NCBI GenBank assembly: GCA_963804085.1
Contig: CAWDOQ010000002.1
Location: 192,001 to 256,000 of the forward strand
Source of the DNA: Chlamydiia bacterium
GTDB lineage: Bacteria > Chlamydiota > Chlamydiia > Chlamydiales > Rhabdochlamydiaceae
DNA length: 64,000 bases
Direction of reading: 5' to 3'
A program made the position numbers and the translations under genes. The notes below the pieces were generated by a model. The model did not search any database. It was not told the origin of the DNA and worked only from the letters and a program-made list of their open reading frames with translations. Below are positions 27,104 through 36,781 of this stretch, in pieces. The number at the start of each line of letters is the position of its first letter. Positions within the stretch are counted from its first letter, which is position 1.

Positions 27104-28615
27104 ATGACAACTCCAGGCCTTGGATTAGACCCATCAAAAAGAACTCCCCCAGGCAATCTGGGCGGCGGCGCACCTGCAGGAAAAGGAAATCCCCCTCATG
27201 CCCCGGATAAGTTAGTTACGGCTGCAGGCACAGATGATAATTGCTGCTGCAAGCCCCTCATAGATGCCCTCTCCTCTCTAATTTCCACTATTTGTGACGG
27301 CATCCAAAGCGTTATCTCCTCGATCAAAAATTGGATCTCTCCTGAGCCGGACGCTGCGCCTCCTCGCCCCGCTTCCATCCCACCTAAGCCAAAACCCGAT
27401 GAGAAAAAAACCGATGAGAAGAAAGCGGAAGCAAAAGGCGATGCTAACGAGCTGGAAGAGTTATCTATCCCTCCCCCATGCACGACTGTTTATGCAGAAA
27501 CACCGGCCGTATACAACCACGTAAAGGGAAGATTGCAAAGGCTGCCTCCAGATATTTTGAATAGAATCAATTTCCAAGACACCGATCGGATGATCGATTT
27601 TCGCATGAGCAAATTGCTCCTTTATTCCACATTACCAACAACAAAAGACTATCCCATTTTTAAGTATATTTTTGGGCCAGAAGAAGGGGTGCGCATGAGA
27701 GGCATCCAAGTTCCTCCCTGGGACCTTAATGGAGTTTCTACTGAAGGGCAAAAATTAATAGATACAGCTCATCGCTACTACAGTAGACCGCACCTTCAAA
27801 TCCCATGTCCTGTGAATTTCGAGGCGATCCACGTGGGTCCTCTATTTTCCGCACATGAGCTATTTAAAACACTTGCCAGACAGGGCCATGGCATAAGTCT
27901 TATTGAATCCCACAACGACTCCTGTCCGTGTTACACTCCTTGGCTTCATATGGAAGTTTTACAAGAAGAAGGCATAGACACATTCTTCCATGAAGGACTG
28001 CCTTACGATATGCAAGACCTACTCGACGCCTATTTTGCTATGCCTAAAGGCTCCGAGCCCCCTCCGCTTTTAAGTGCGATATTAGATCAAGTTACACAAA
28101 GTCAAGAAATTTATAGACAGCTGGTACGCTTAACAAAAGAACCTGCGCCTGCTAAAAAGCCGAAAATAGCCGGACTAAATGGTCCGGTCGAAATGGTTCG
28201 AGAAGCGCCAATGAACAGTAAACCGAACTACTACACGTTAAAAGATATGGTGATGAAGGCACAAAGACTTGGTATCCGTGTTGTGGGTATCGAAGACGAT
28301 GCTACTAGCTTTATAGGTACAGGCCACGGCCCAGAACGGAGCGGAAAGCGCATGCTATCGATGAACTACCGAACACTGCAGATCATCAAAAAAGAGCAGC
28401 GCGGCAAATACCTTCTCCATACAGGTTCTGCACACGGAGTCGAGACTGAGGGAGTAACCGGTCTTGCCAAATCGTTGGGTTTACCCACAGTGCTGGCAAA
28501 AGATCGTCAAAGAGAAGAGGTTGTCGGAGTCCATAAACAACGAGCTGTTTCTCATGCGGGTAGGCACTACACCCCTGACTTCACGATCATTTTGGAAGAG
28601 CCACAAAAAAACTAA
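27104..28615 (+). CDS. Candidate effector with RRSP/PMT-C2 (EreA/ChaN/Tiki fold) peptidase domain
   Basis: ESH, GIDTFFHEGL, GIRVVGIE, RMLSMNY, GKYLLHTGSAH, GLAKSLG; disordered N-terminus; GAGGA RBS. Confidence 0.7.
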   Translation: MTTPGLGLDPSKRTPPGNLGGGAPAGKGNPPHAPDKLVTAAGTDDNCCCKPLIDALSSLISTICDGIQSVISSIKNWISPEPDAAPPRPASIPPKPKPDEKKTDEKKAEAKGDANELEELSIPPPCTTVYAETPAVYNHVKGRLQRLPPDILNRINFQDTDRMIDFRMSKLLLYSTLPTTKDYPIFKYIFGPEEGVRMRGIQVPPWDLNGVSTEGQKLIDTAHRYYSRPHLQIPCPVNFEAIHVGPLFSAHELFKTLARQGHGISLIESHNDSCPCYTPWLHMEVLQEEGIDTFFHEGLPYDMQDLLDAYFAMPKGSEPPPLLSAILDQVTQSQEIYRQLVRLTKEPAPAKKPKIAGLNGPVEMVREAPMNSKPNYYTLKDMVMKAQRLGIRVVGIEDDATSFIGTGHGPERSGKRMLSMNYRTLQIIKKEQRGKYLLHTGSAHGVETEGVTGLAKSLGLPTVLAKDRQREEVVGVHKQRAVSHAGRHYTPDFTIILEEPQKN

Positions 28616-31600
28616 GGTTTTTCTACATCCGTGCTTATCTGCCGCATGAGCTCGACCAGCTCTTCGCGGCTTAAGCCCTTAATCTGATCCTGCTCATCAA
28701 AGCCGATGACCCCTTCCATGAGGGTCATCTTTTTTAGGATGAGCTGGTGGATATGCTCCTCGATCGTCCCCTTTGTCACCATCTTGAAGACTTGCACGCC
28801 ACGCTTCTGACCTATGCGATGGACCCGGTCGGTCGCCTGGTTCTCTTTGGCGGGGTTCCACCAGCGATCGTAATGGATCACGACAGAGGCGGAGACGAGA
28901 TCAACGCCGACGCCTGCTGCTTGGAGCGATGCGACAAACACTTCGCACTGCGGATCATTCTTAAACTTATCTAGCTGCGCCTTTCTGTCCTGCGTGCTGC
29001 CGCGGATGCCTGCAAAACCGATCTTATTTTCTGTTAGATGCGCTTCGATGATGTTGAGCATGTCCAGATATTGCGAAAAGACTACGAGTTTCTGACCGCT
29101 ATCGCGCGTCTCTTGAAGCAGTTCGACAAAGAGATCCCATTTACCCGAGGAGTGCTTCTTGTACTCGCTAGCCTCTTTTGCAAATAGAGAGGGATGGTCG
29201 CAGATCTGTTTGAGCTTGGAAAGAAGAGAGAAGATATGGACGTAGGGAAGGGGCTTCTCTTGTCTATGGAGGTCTCTTTCTAAAGCCTCTTTGTGTTCAA
29301 GGTATGTTTTGCGGTAGAGCTCTCTCTGCTCATCTGAAAGCGGGCAGTAGGCGACCTCTTCGATCTTTTCGGGAAGCTCGAGCAGCACCTCCTGTTTTTT
29401 TCTGCGCAAGATGAAGGGGCGGATGAGGCGCGAAAGCAGATACTTCTTCTCAGGATCCTGACTCTTTTCAATCGGATTTACAAACATCTCTTTGAAGAGA
29501 GCCTCTGTTGGCAAATAGCCGGGAAGAACCACATCGAAGAGGGCTTTGAGTTCTAAAAGTCTGTTTTCAATGGGTGTGCCCGTAAGGCCTAGACGGAAGT
29601 TTGCTTCGAGCGCACGAATCGCTTTGTGCGTTTGAGAGCGGGGATTTTTTGCTATCTGCGTCTCATCGAAGATCGCGACATCAAACTTCAAGTTGCCGAG
29701 CGCCTTCTTTTCACTTCTTAAAATGCCATAAGAGGTAAGAATGAGATCCCCTTCGTTTTCTAACTTGCGTCCCATTCCGTAAAAAACGCTAACGCGGATC
29801 TCAGGCAGAAAGTTCTTTAAGAGCTCCTCCCAGTGAAAGATCACAGAGGTGGGACAGACGACGAGGAATTTTCCTTTCTTGCTCTCTTTGTGCAGATTGT
29901 AAACCGCGCAAAGAAGCGCCATCGCTTGGTGGGTTTTTCCAAGTCCCATCTCATCGCAAAGAAGTCCCGAAAGGCCGTTTGTGTACAAAAACCAGAGCCA
30001 GCGCGCGCCCGTCTCTTGGTAGGGACGCAAGTTGCTGCGAAGACCTGTTAAATCAAGCGGCTCGGGTGTCTGGAAGTTACGCAACTCTTCTAACAGCGAT
30101 CTGCTCTCTTGGGCCTCTCTTGACGGGCCTGCAGGCTCTTTGATCTCTTCAAAGACAGTGAGGCGCAGCCACTCAAGCGTTGTCAGTCTGAGCTCCTTTC
30201 CCTGATTTAACCATCTTCTTTTTGTAAGCGATTTTAGCCAGTTGAAGCGAGGGGGCCTGAAAATAATAAGACCCGCGGGTGTGAAGAGATAGCGCTTATT
30301 TTCGCTCTGTGCACGCCATATTTCATATACCGGGACCTCTCCAAATTCTGTTTCGTATGAGAGAGCAACTTTCCACTGCCCGGTTTTTGCTTTGCGGTCT
30401 CTTTTGAGCTTGCCGATTTTCAAGAAAAGGCTTTTGGGTTTCTTAAGACGCGGATCGATCGAGAGAATAAACGGGGCTAAGATATCTAGTTCATAGGCAA
30501 CAAAAGGGGTCTCGTTTGCAGAGTCGATCACTTTTGCCTGGCTGTACGCTTCGGGCAGCTTATGTTCTTCTGTAATCTCGCAAAACCCCTCATTCTCGAC
30601 AAAAGTGTAGTAGCCGAAAAAGCGCACCTTTTGCGCATCATAATGAGATCTAAAGAAGTAGGTGGGCAGGACTTGAATCTCTCCTTTTTCGTTAAAGCCG
30701 ATGTTGAGGCCGCTCCTCTCTATCGGAGATCTGGAAGCAAAAAAGCCCGGGATCTGTTCTAACTCTCCGCGATGCATCTGGATGAAGCGAGAGATCTCGC
30801 CGCGCGAGATGCGCATCCCCGCACGGAGCAAGGAGCCAGCTCTTCCTGTTACTTTTGCGTAAAAGCCTTTGCCTTTGACGTAGATCCACTCGCCAAAGTC
30901 ATGGATTTCCCCCACCTCTTCGACAAATTCCAGGCGCGTATCAAAAGAGAGTGTCTCGTCGGGAAGAAGCTGGTAGGTGAGGTGGGACTCCACGCTAGAA
31001 AGATGTGTCTCAAACCCTTCAAATTTTTGCAGCCAGTGTCTGTGGCGGCTGACAAAATCGGAGATGAGTGCTTTAGGAACAATCTTTTCGACTCCTTCGA
31101 AGAGGATATTATCCAGCTCATAAAAACCTTTGCCATCGAGGTAGACCCAGGGGCCGAAGTAGGCTGATCTCTGTTTTGAAAGATCTCCGACTTCGAAAAG
31201 GTAGCAGGTGATGTGGAGCGCTTTGTCTCCATTAAAAAAGAGGTGGTAGTGTGCGGGGATTCTTTCACGCTGCACCGTTGTGCCGACCAGATACTTCTGT
31301 ACAATTTTGGGATGCTTACGTAAAAAACTTGCGATACGATTTGTCGGAATGACACGCTCTTTAAAAAGAGGGTCTAGACGCGCGGGATAAAAGCCCTTGC
31401 CTCGCACAAAGAGCCACTCTCCCACTTCGATGCCATGCACCTCTTGATTGTTCTCTTTGTCTTCAGGCGAGGAGGAGAAATCGATTAAAAATACGCGCTG
31501 ATCGGGATCGTAGGTGATCTTCTCGATCATCCGATAGGAGAAGAGAGAGACTTTTAGAGGAGAGTTCACTGTTGTAAGCGTGGGAATGATCTTGGGCCAG

Positions 31601-32322
31601 TTGACCTCTGCGATGTAAAAGCCGCAGACAAAATCTTTAAAAGAGATAGTGATCCACTTGGGCAACCCCTCAGCCTCATCAGAAAAAGCGAGGGTGTACT
31701 CCTTCTCCTCTTCCTGAAGAAGCATCCACCACTTGGCAAAATCGGACCAAAACGAAAGCTCGTAGCGCAGCTGATGGCTCGGCCTTCCCTGCTTCCACAA
31801 AGCGAGCTCCTGCTGAGAGAGGTTGGAAAACTTAAGCGATGTCTCCTCCGTCTCCTCTTTGCGCTTTGTAACAATTGTCTCGAGCCGCTTCTTTCCTTTC
31901 TGCGTCAGTGCTTTGATGTAGAAGAGCTCTTTTCCAGTGGCAGAGATCGCATGGTAGCCCTCGTTCGGCTTAAGGCAAGAGGTCTCATAGCCGTGGCGGT
32001 GGCTCGCCATCTGGCAGAGCTGATTCCAAAGACTTTCGCGGAAGCGGACATGGAGTGGCTCAGGCTTATCGCGAAAGATAGCAAGATATGCTGCGGCAAG
32101 ATGAGGACAGTACTTTTTTTTCTCTTTTGTTTTACAGGTGCAGAAGCAATCGAGCAGTTTGCCAGAGTCATCCAGCTGCAGAAAGGGCCAGTAGGCAGCC
32201 TTCTCTTTGGGGTCGATTACTTCGACTTGATAGGTGCCCTCCGAGAAAAAAAGGTTCCCTATCCTCTTTTCAGCGATCCAAGAGGCGCCAAGTTTAAGAT
32301 CTGCTTTAGAAAAAGAGCTCAC
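28612..32322 (-). CDS. SWIM-domain SNF2-family helicase
   Basis: CTC...CPH SWIM, DEMGLGKT, DETQ, TGTPIEN, QATDRVHRIGQ. Confidence 0.93.
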   Translation of the reverse strand: MSSFSKADLKLGASWIAEKRIGNLFFSEGTYQVEVIDPKEKAAYWPFLQLDDSGKLLDCFCTCKTKEKKKYCPHLAAAYLAIFRDKPEPLHVRFRESLWNQLCQMASHRHGYETSCLKPNEGYHAISATGKELFYIKALTQKGKKRLETIVTKRKEETEETSLKFSNLSQQELALWKQGRPSHQLRYELSFWSDFAKWWMLLQEEEKEYTLAFSDEAEGLPKWITISFKDFVCGFYIAEVNWPKIIPTLTTVNSPLKVSLFSYRMIEKITYDPDQRVFLIDFSSSPEDKENNQEVHGIEVGEWLFVRGKGFYPARLDPLFKERVIPTNRIASFLRKHPKIVQKYLVGTTVQRERIPAHYHLFFNGDKALHITCYLFEVGDLSKQRSAYFGPWVYLDGKGFYELDNILFEGVEKIVPKALISDFVSRHRHWLQKFEGFETHLSSVESHLTYQLLPDETLSFDTRLEFVEEVGEIHDFGEWIYVKGKGFYAKVTGRAGSLLRAGMRISRGEISRFIQMHRGELEQIPGFFASRSPIERSGLNIGFNEKGEIQVLPTYFFRSHYDAQKVRFFGYYTFVENEGFCEITEEHKLPEAYSQAKVIDSANETPFVAYELDILAPFILSIDPRLKKPKSLFLKIGKLKRDRKAKTGQWKVALSYETEFGEVPVYEIWRAQSENKRYLFTPAGLIIFRPPRFNWLKSLTKRRWLNQGKELRLTTLEWLRLTVFEEIKEPAGPSREAQESRSLLEELRNFQTPEPLDLTGLRSNLRPYQETGARWLWFLYTNGLSGLLCDEMGLGKTHQAMALLCAVYNLHKESKKGKFLVVCPTSVIFHWEELLKNFLPEIRVSVFYGMGRKLENEGDLILTSYGILRSEKKALGNLKFDVAIFDETQIAKNPRSQTHKAIRALEANFRLGLTGTPIENRLLELKALFDVVLPGYLPTEALFKEMFVNPIEKSQDPEKKYLLSRLIRPFILRRKKQEVLLELPEKIEEVAYCPLSDEQRELYRKTYLEHKEALERDLHRQEKPLPYVHIFSLLSKLKQICDHPSLFAKEASEYKKHSSGKWDLFVELLQETRDSGQKLVVFSQYLDMLNIIEAHLTENKIGFAGIRGSTQDRKAQLDKFKNDPQCEVFVASLQAAGVGVDLVSASVVIHYDRWWNPAKENQATDRVHRIGQKRGVQVFKMVTKGTIEEHIHQLILKKMTLMEGVIGFDEQDQIKGLSREELVELMRQISTDVEKP

Positions 32323-32357
32323 CTTACCCTAAGCATGCCTAGAAAAAGAAAATGGGG

Positions 32358-32607
32358 AAAGGACGAAAACGACCAAAGAGACCAAAAGGACCTAAACGAC
32401 AAAGAGTTAACCCTCGTCCTTTGAAAAGGACAAAACGACCAAAGAGACCAAAAGGACCTAAACGACAAAGAGTTAACCCTCGTCCTTTGAAAAAGACAAA
32501 ACGACCAAAGAGACCAAAAGGACCTAAACGACAAAGAGTTAACCCTCGTCCTTTAGGTCCTTGTCGTTTTGGTCACTTAGGTCCTTTATGTCCTTTTGGT
32601 CGTTTCT
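32358..32607. repeat. Three tandem 66-bp units followed by an inverted arm
   Basis: aaaacgaccaaagagaccaaaaggacctaaacgacaaagagttaaccctcgtccttt starts at 32366, 32432 and 32498; internal 9-nt GAC periodicity. Confidence 0.9.
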
Positions 32608-33356
32608 TCTACTATCTTTCCCTGGAAGACCGCCTTCACCGGGCCAATAAGCTCGACCCTCCCCTCCGCAACATTAACCTCCAAAAGCTCCTGGGAAGAC
32701 GAGAAGATCCGCAAAGGATTTTTAAGATTAAACTTTTTTTGGGCGGAGAGAGCGACAGCAGCAGCGCCTGTTCCACAGGCGAGCGTCTCCCCTTCTACGC
32801 CTCTTTCGTAGGTGCGCATACGAATAAGGCCGTTTTCATGGCTTGCGAAGTTGACATTGACGCCGTGGGGTTGGAATTGTGCTTCAAAACGAATTTTTCT
32901 TCCCAGCTCCTCTACCGGAACTTTATCGAGCTCATCGACAAAGAGAACAGCGTGAGGAACACCCGTATTCCAAACATCCATCCGATCATCTACAATCGCA
33001 ATCAATTGAGGAGGAGCAAGTAGGACGCTCACCCTATCTCCTACGGCTCTACATTGTAGAATCGCATCCATGGTCTCGACGAGATAGGACTCCTCTTTAA
33101 AGCCAAGAGTCCGCGCAAAATCAAAGAGGCAGCGGATCCCATTTCCGCACATGGCCGCCTCCTTGCCATCGGAGTTGAAAATGCGCATGCGAAAAGCAGC
33201 TTTGAGCGAGTTTTGGAGCAGGATAACTCCATCGGCTCCTATGCCTAAACGTCTATGGCAGAGCTTTTCTACTAGATGTATGGGAAAAGAAGAGGCGCGG
33301 TCGTCTATAAGAATAAAATCGTTGCCCGCGCCTTGATACTTAGAAAACGCAATCAT
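32586..33356 (-). CDS. dapF: Diaminopimelate epimerase
   Basis: GAGNDF, MCGNGIRC, GVPH, ERGVEGETLACGTG. Confidence 0.96.
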   Translation of the reverse strand: MIAFSKYQGAGNDFILIDDRASSFPIHLVEKLCHRRLGIGADGVILLQNSLKAAFRMRIFNSDGKEAAMCGNGIRCLFDFARTLGFKEESYLVETMDAILQCRAVGDRVSVLLAPPQLIAIVDDRMDVWNTGVPHAVLFVDELDKVPVEELGRKIRFEAQFQPHGVNVNFASHENGLIRMRTYERGVEGETLACGTGAAAVALSAQKKFNLKNPLRIFSSSQELLEVNVAEGRVELIGPVKAVFQGKIVEETTKRT

Positions 33357-33358
33357 TA

Positions 33359-33979
33359 CTAGAGGTCTTTATAGGATGTCACAATCTTATCGAGAAGGCC
33401 AAATTGCATCGCCTCTTTTGCGCTCATCCAGGTGTCTCTGTCGATTGCTCTGTCGATCGTCTTTGCATCTTTTCCAGTGGCTGTGACATAGACATCCACA
33501 ATGGCGTTTCTTGTCTTCATGAGCTCTTTTGCCTGGATATCCAGATCGGTTGCCTGTCCGCGAATGACACCGTGTATAGAGGGCTGGTGGATCATGATGC
33601 GCGCATTGGGCGTCGCAAAGCGTCTGCCTTTAGCGGCACAGAGGCTTAAAATTGATCCCATCGAAGCGGCAAGCCCGGTGACTAGCGTGGTAACGGGAGA
33701 AGAGATCATCTTCACCTGGTCCCAAACAGCAAAGCCCGAATCTATCGAGCCGCCGGGAGAGTTGATCACAAAGAGGATCGGTTTTCCGGGATCGGTCATC
33801 TCCATGTACCAGAGACGGCGGATCGCATAGTTTGCGCTCTTATCGTCTACAGGGTCGCAAAAAAAGAGACGGCGCGCTTTTAAAAGCGCTTCATCAATTT
33901 TATCCTCGACTCTGGAGGAGTGTTTGTGATTCACATTTCTCTCGAATTCTGGCTCGTCCGGTTCGTCTAGCTGGGGCAT
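33359..33979 (-). CDS. clpP: ATP-dependent Clp protease proteolytic subunit (ClpP1 type)
   Basis: INSPGG, GLAASMG, IMIHQP, RDTWM; dapF-clpP-glyA synteny. Confidence 0.95.
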   Translation of the reverse strand: MPQLDEPDEPEFERNVNHKHSSRVEDKIDEALLKARRLFFCDPVDDKSANYAIRRLWYMEMTDPGKPILFVINSPGGSIDSGFAVWDQVKMISSPVTTLVTGLAASMGSILSLCAAKGRRFATPNARIMIHQPSIHGVIRGQATDLDIQAKELMKTRNAIVDVYVTATGKDAKTIDRAIDRDTWMSAKEAMQFGLLDKIVTSYKDL

Positions 33980-34013
33980 GTCTCACCTCTTTTTTCGCAT
34001 TATTATTAATCAC

Positions 34014-35495
34014 TCATTCAATTGCAAGCTCTGGATAAAGAGGAAACCGGCTTAGAAGGCTGGCCACACGCCCCTGGACAGATTTGACCACTGCCGGATC
34101 GACGAGCGCCTTGCTCCGGTTTGTGCCCGGTCCCTTTTCTGCGGGGGCCGGACGTGCTGCCTGAAGCAGGGTGAAAATCATGTCGGCGATCTCCTCCATC
34201 TCCCTTTCCTTCATCCCGAGTGTAGTGAGCGCCGGCGGTCCAATGCGTATGCCCGACGTGTACCAAGGGCCATTGACATCAAAGGGGATAGCATTACGAT
34301 TCACTGTAAAGTGCGCTTCTCTTAGAGCCAGCTCTGCTTGCCGTCCCGTTAGATTAAAGCTAGATGCAACATCAAAGACGAGTAGATGGTTATCTGTCCC
34401 GCCTGTTGTCACTTTTATTCCTTTGGACATGAGAGCGGCTGCTAAACTCTGCGCGTTTTTGACAATCTGCTGGGCATAGCTCTGGAAGGAGGGGGCATTC
34501 GCCTCCTCTAGCGCGATCGCTTTAGCCGCAAGCACCTGAGGTAGTGGTCCGCCGAGCACAATAGGACACCCCTTGTCTATCACCTCTTTATACTCGCTCT
34601 TGCATAGAACCATCCCTCCGCGAGGGCCGCGTAGAGTCTTATGTGTAGTAGTCGTGACCACATGGGCAAAAGGGATCGGGTCGTAGTTACCCTTCATTAC
34701 TTTTCCAGCGACTAAACCCGCAAAGTGGGCCATATCAACCATCAGAGTCGCTCCTACGCTATCTGCAATCTCGCGCATCTTCGCAAAGTCGATCAGACGT
34801 GGATAGGCGGAGTAGCCCGCCACTAAGATTGCGGGTTTTTCTCTTTGGACCTGCTCTTGCAGCGCTTTGTAGTCGATGAGACCTGTCTTGCGATCGACAT
34901 CGTAGGCGACTGCCTGCATCATCTTAGCCGATATGTTGTGCCGGTAGCCGTGGGTAAGATGCCCGCCGGAGCTAAGCGATAGTCCCATCATCTTCTGGGA
35001 GACTAGAAGCTTGCGCACTCTTTCATACTCATCCGGTGTTAGCTCATCGACACTTTTTTTACCGAGCGCCTCCACCTCTTTGTTTTGTACGCGCTGCACT
35101 AAAATGGCCCAGTATGCCACCATGTTCGCATCTGCTCCCGAATGGGGCTGAACATAGGCGTGGTCGCAGTTAAATAGCCGCTTGGCTTGGACAATGCCCG
35201 CATCCTCTATAGCGTCCACATTGTCGCATCCTGCATAGAATCGATGATGGGGATAGCCTTCTGCATACTTGTCCGTGAGCAGATTGCCCATGGCCAGTTG
35301 CACGGCAAGAGAGGAGTAGTTTTCTGACGCGATCAGTTTAAGATAGGTGCGCTGATCTTTAAGCTCTTGGACGATCTTCTGAGCGATGTGAGGAAAACCG
35401 GCACTAATGTGGTCTAACGCCGCACAGTAGGCTATCGCAGCAGTAGATCGCCTTCCTTCGGGTACTTTGCGAAAGTATTTTTCTAACAATGACAT
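34014..35495 (-). CDS. glyA: Serine hydroxymethyltransferase
   Basis: LIASEN, YAEGYP, GGHLTHG, TTTHKTLRGPRGG. Confidence 0.97.
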   Translation of the reverse strand: MSLLEKYFRKVPEGRRSTAAIAYCAALDHISAGFPHIAQKIVQELKDQRTYLKLIASENYSSLAVQLAMGNLLTDKYAEGYPHHRFYAGCDNVDAIEDAGIVQAKRLFNCDHAYVQPHSGADANMVAYWAILVQRVQNKEVEALGKKSVDELTPDEYERVRKLLVSQKMMGLSLSSGGHLTHGYRHNISAKMMQAVAYDVDRKTGLIDYKALQEQVQREKPAILVAGYSAYPRLIDFAKMREIADSVGATLMVDMAHFAGLVAGKVMKGNYDPIPFAHVVTTTTHKTLRGPRGGMVLCKSEYKEVIDKGCPIVLGGPLPQVLAAKAIALEEANAPSFQSYAQQIVKNAQSLAAALMSKGIKVTTGGTDNHLLVFDVASSFNLTGRQAELALREAHFTVNRNAIPFDVNGPWYTSGIRIGPPALTTLGMKEREMEEIADMIFTLLQAARPAPAEKGPGTNRSKALVDPAVVKSVQGRVASLLSRFPLYPELAIE

Positions 35496-35560
35496 CTTGC
35501 CCTCTCTTCTTTTTTGAGGGATTCTGTCAGAAAAGAAAAATCTCCGCTACGTACTTTTTT

Positions 35561-35857
35561 TTACTGCGGAAAGCGTGGAGAGTATTGCAGCGTTTTGCCT
35601 GTGGCAAGACGGTGGTTTGCTCCATCTTCGTAAACCTGATCGTTGATCAGCACTTTAAATTCGCAGTTGTTGCAGTTGCTATCCGTCTCCCAGATCCAAA
35701 CGTCCGGTCCTGCGTTTTTCATGACGATTCCGCGCTCCCAGTTAAGTCCTGGACCCTGTCCACGGATGTAGAGAGCATTGTTCATCCCCACATCGTAACG
35801 CACCATGATGCGTGCTCCATGATCCTTCATAGTCTTTTGTTTCTTTGACATATCCAT
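35561..35857 (-). CDS. Small standalone beta-sandwich protein, CBM20/starch-binding-like
   Basis: YDVGMNNALYIRGQGPGLNW...WIWE...EFKVLIND..YEDGANH. Confidence 0.55.
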   Translation of the reverse strand: MDMSKKQKTMKDHGARIMVRYDVGMNNALYIRGQGPGLNWERGIVMKNAGPDVWIWETDSNCNNCEFKVLINDQVYEDGANHRLATGKTLQYSPRFPQ

Positions 35858-35998
35858 ATCCTTACCATCCTTTTACTGTGTTTTCTAAGAATTATTATAA
35901 AAAACACGAACTGTCAACATTTTTTTTTAATCTTGAGCAATATTGTTGCAAATAGATAATGTACTTTCACTTAAATTACCCTTTGCTCTGAGAGGCCC

Positions 35999-36766
35999 AT
36001 GCAAGAAAACCTTCGTCCCATTTTGGATATCCAAGAATTAGACATGAAAATGATACGCCTCATGCGCGTAAAAAAAGAGAGACAGAAGGAGCTTGAACAG
36101 ATTCAAGCTATTCGTAAAGAGCTACATGCGCAAGTCTCTGAAAAAGAACAAGAGATCGTCGACCTCGGCAAAACCATCCAAAATATGGAGCAGAAGGTCC
36201 AAGAGGTAGTCGCCAAGATCAAACGATTAGAGTCACAGCAGAACAGCATTAAGAAGGTCGACGAGTTTAACGCCATCACTCAAGAGATGACCGCGGCAGA
36301 ACGCGAGAAGATCGCCATCGAGCAGAAGCTCTCCGACCTGGTCGACAAGAAAGTTGCCGAAGAAGAACTCCTCGAGAAGGTCAAAGAGAGCTTAAAGACC
36401 TCGGAAGATAGCAGCGATATCCTCGCCAAAGAGATCGAATCGAGCATCAAGCTGATCAACCAAGAGGGACAAGACCTCAAAGAGCAGCGCGACACACTTG
36501 CCAAAAAGGCGGATACCGACACTCTGCAAATCTACGAGCGTCTTTTGCGCAACAAGAGAGACCGCGTGGTGGTTCCTATCGAAAATCGCACTTGCAGTGG
36601 CTGCCATATCGTCCTTACCGCACAGCATGAAAACCTCGTGCGCAAAGGTGAAAACCTGGTCTTCTGCGAACACTGCTCGCGCATCCACTACTGGCAAGAG
36701 AGCCAAGCTGTAGAAGGCACAGCCGTAGCAACCAAGCGCCGTAGACGCCGCGTGGCCGCTACGTGA
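35999..36766 (+). CDS. cdsZ: Zinc-ribbon coiled-coil protein CdsZ (CT398-like)
   Basis: ILDIQELDMKMIRL, CSGCH...CEHCSRI; followed by rnpB. Confidence 0.92.
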   Translation: MQENLRPILDIQELDMKMIRLMRVKKERQKELEQIQAIRKELHAQVSEKEQEIVDLGKTIQNMEQKVQEVVAKIKRLESQQNSIKKVDEFNAITQEMTAAEREKIAIEQKLSDLVDKKVAEEELLEKVKESLKTSEDSSDILAKEIESSIKLINQEGQDLKEQRDTLAKKADTDTLQIYERLLRNKRDRVVVPIENRTCSGCHIVLTAQHENLVRKGENLVFCEHCSRIHYWQESQAVEGTAVATKRRRRRVAAT

Positions 36767-36781
36767 ACAATCTTTAGTTTT

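Noticed and set aside
32358-32554. CRISPR array
   Set aside because: Units are contiguous and near-identical with no unique spacers, and no cas genes are present.
32352-33023. ORF encoding a highly basic KRPKRPKGPKRQRVNPRPL repeat (histone-like?)
   Set aside because: It is the translation of the 66-bp repeat and runs antisense through dapF; no independent coding evidence.
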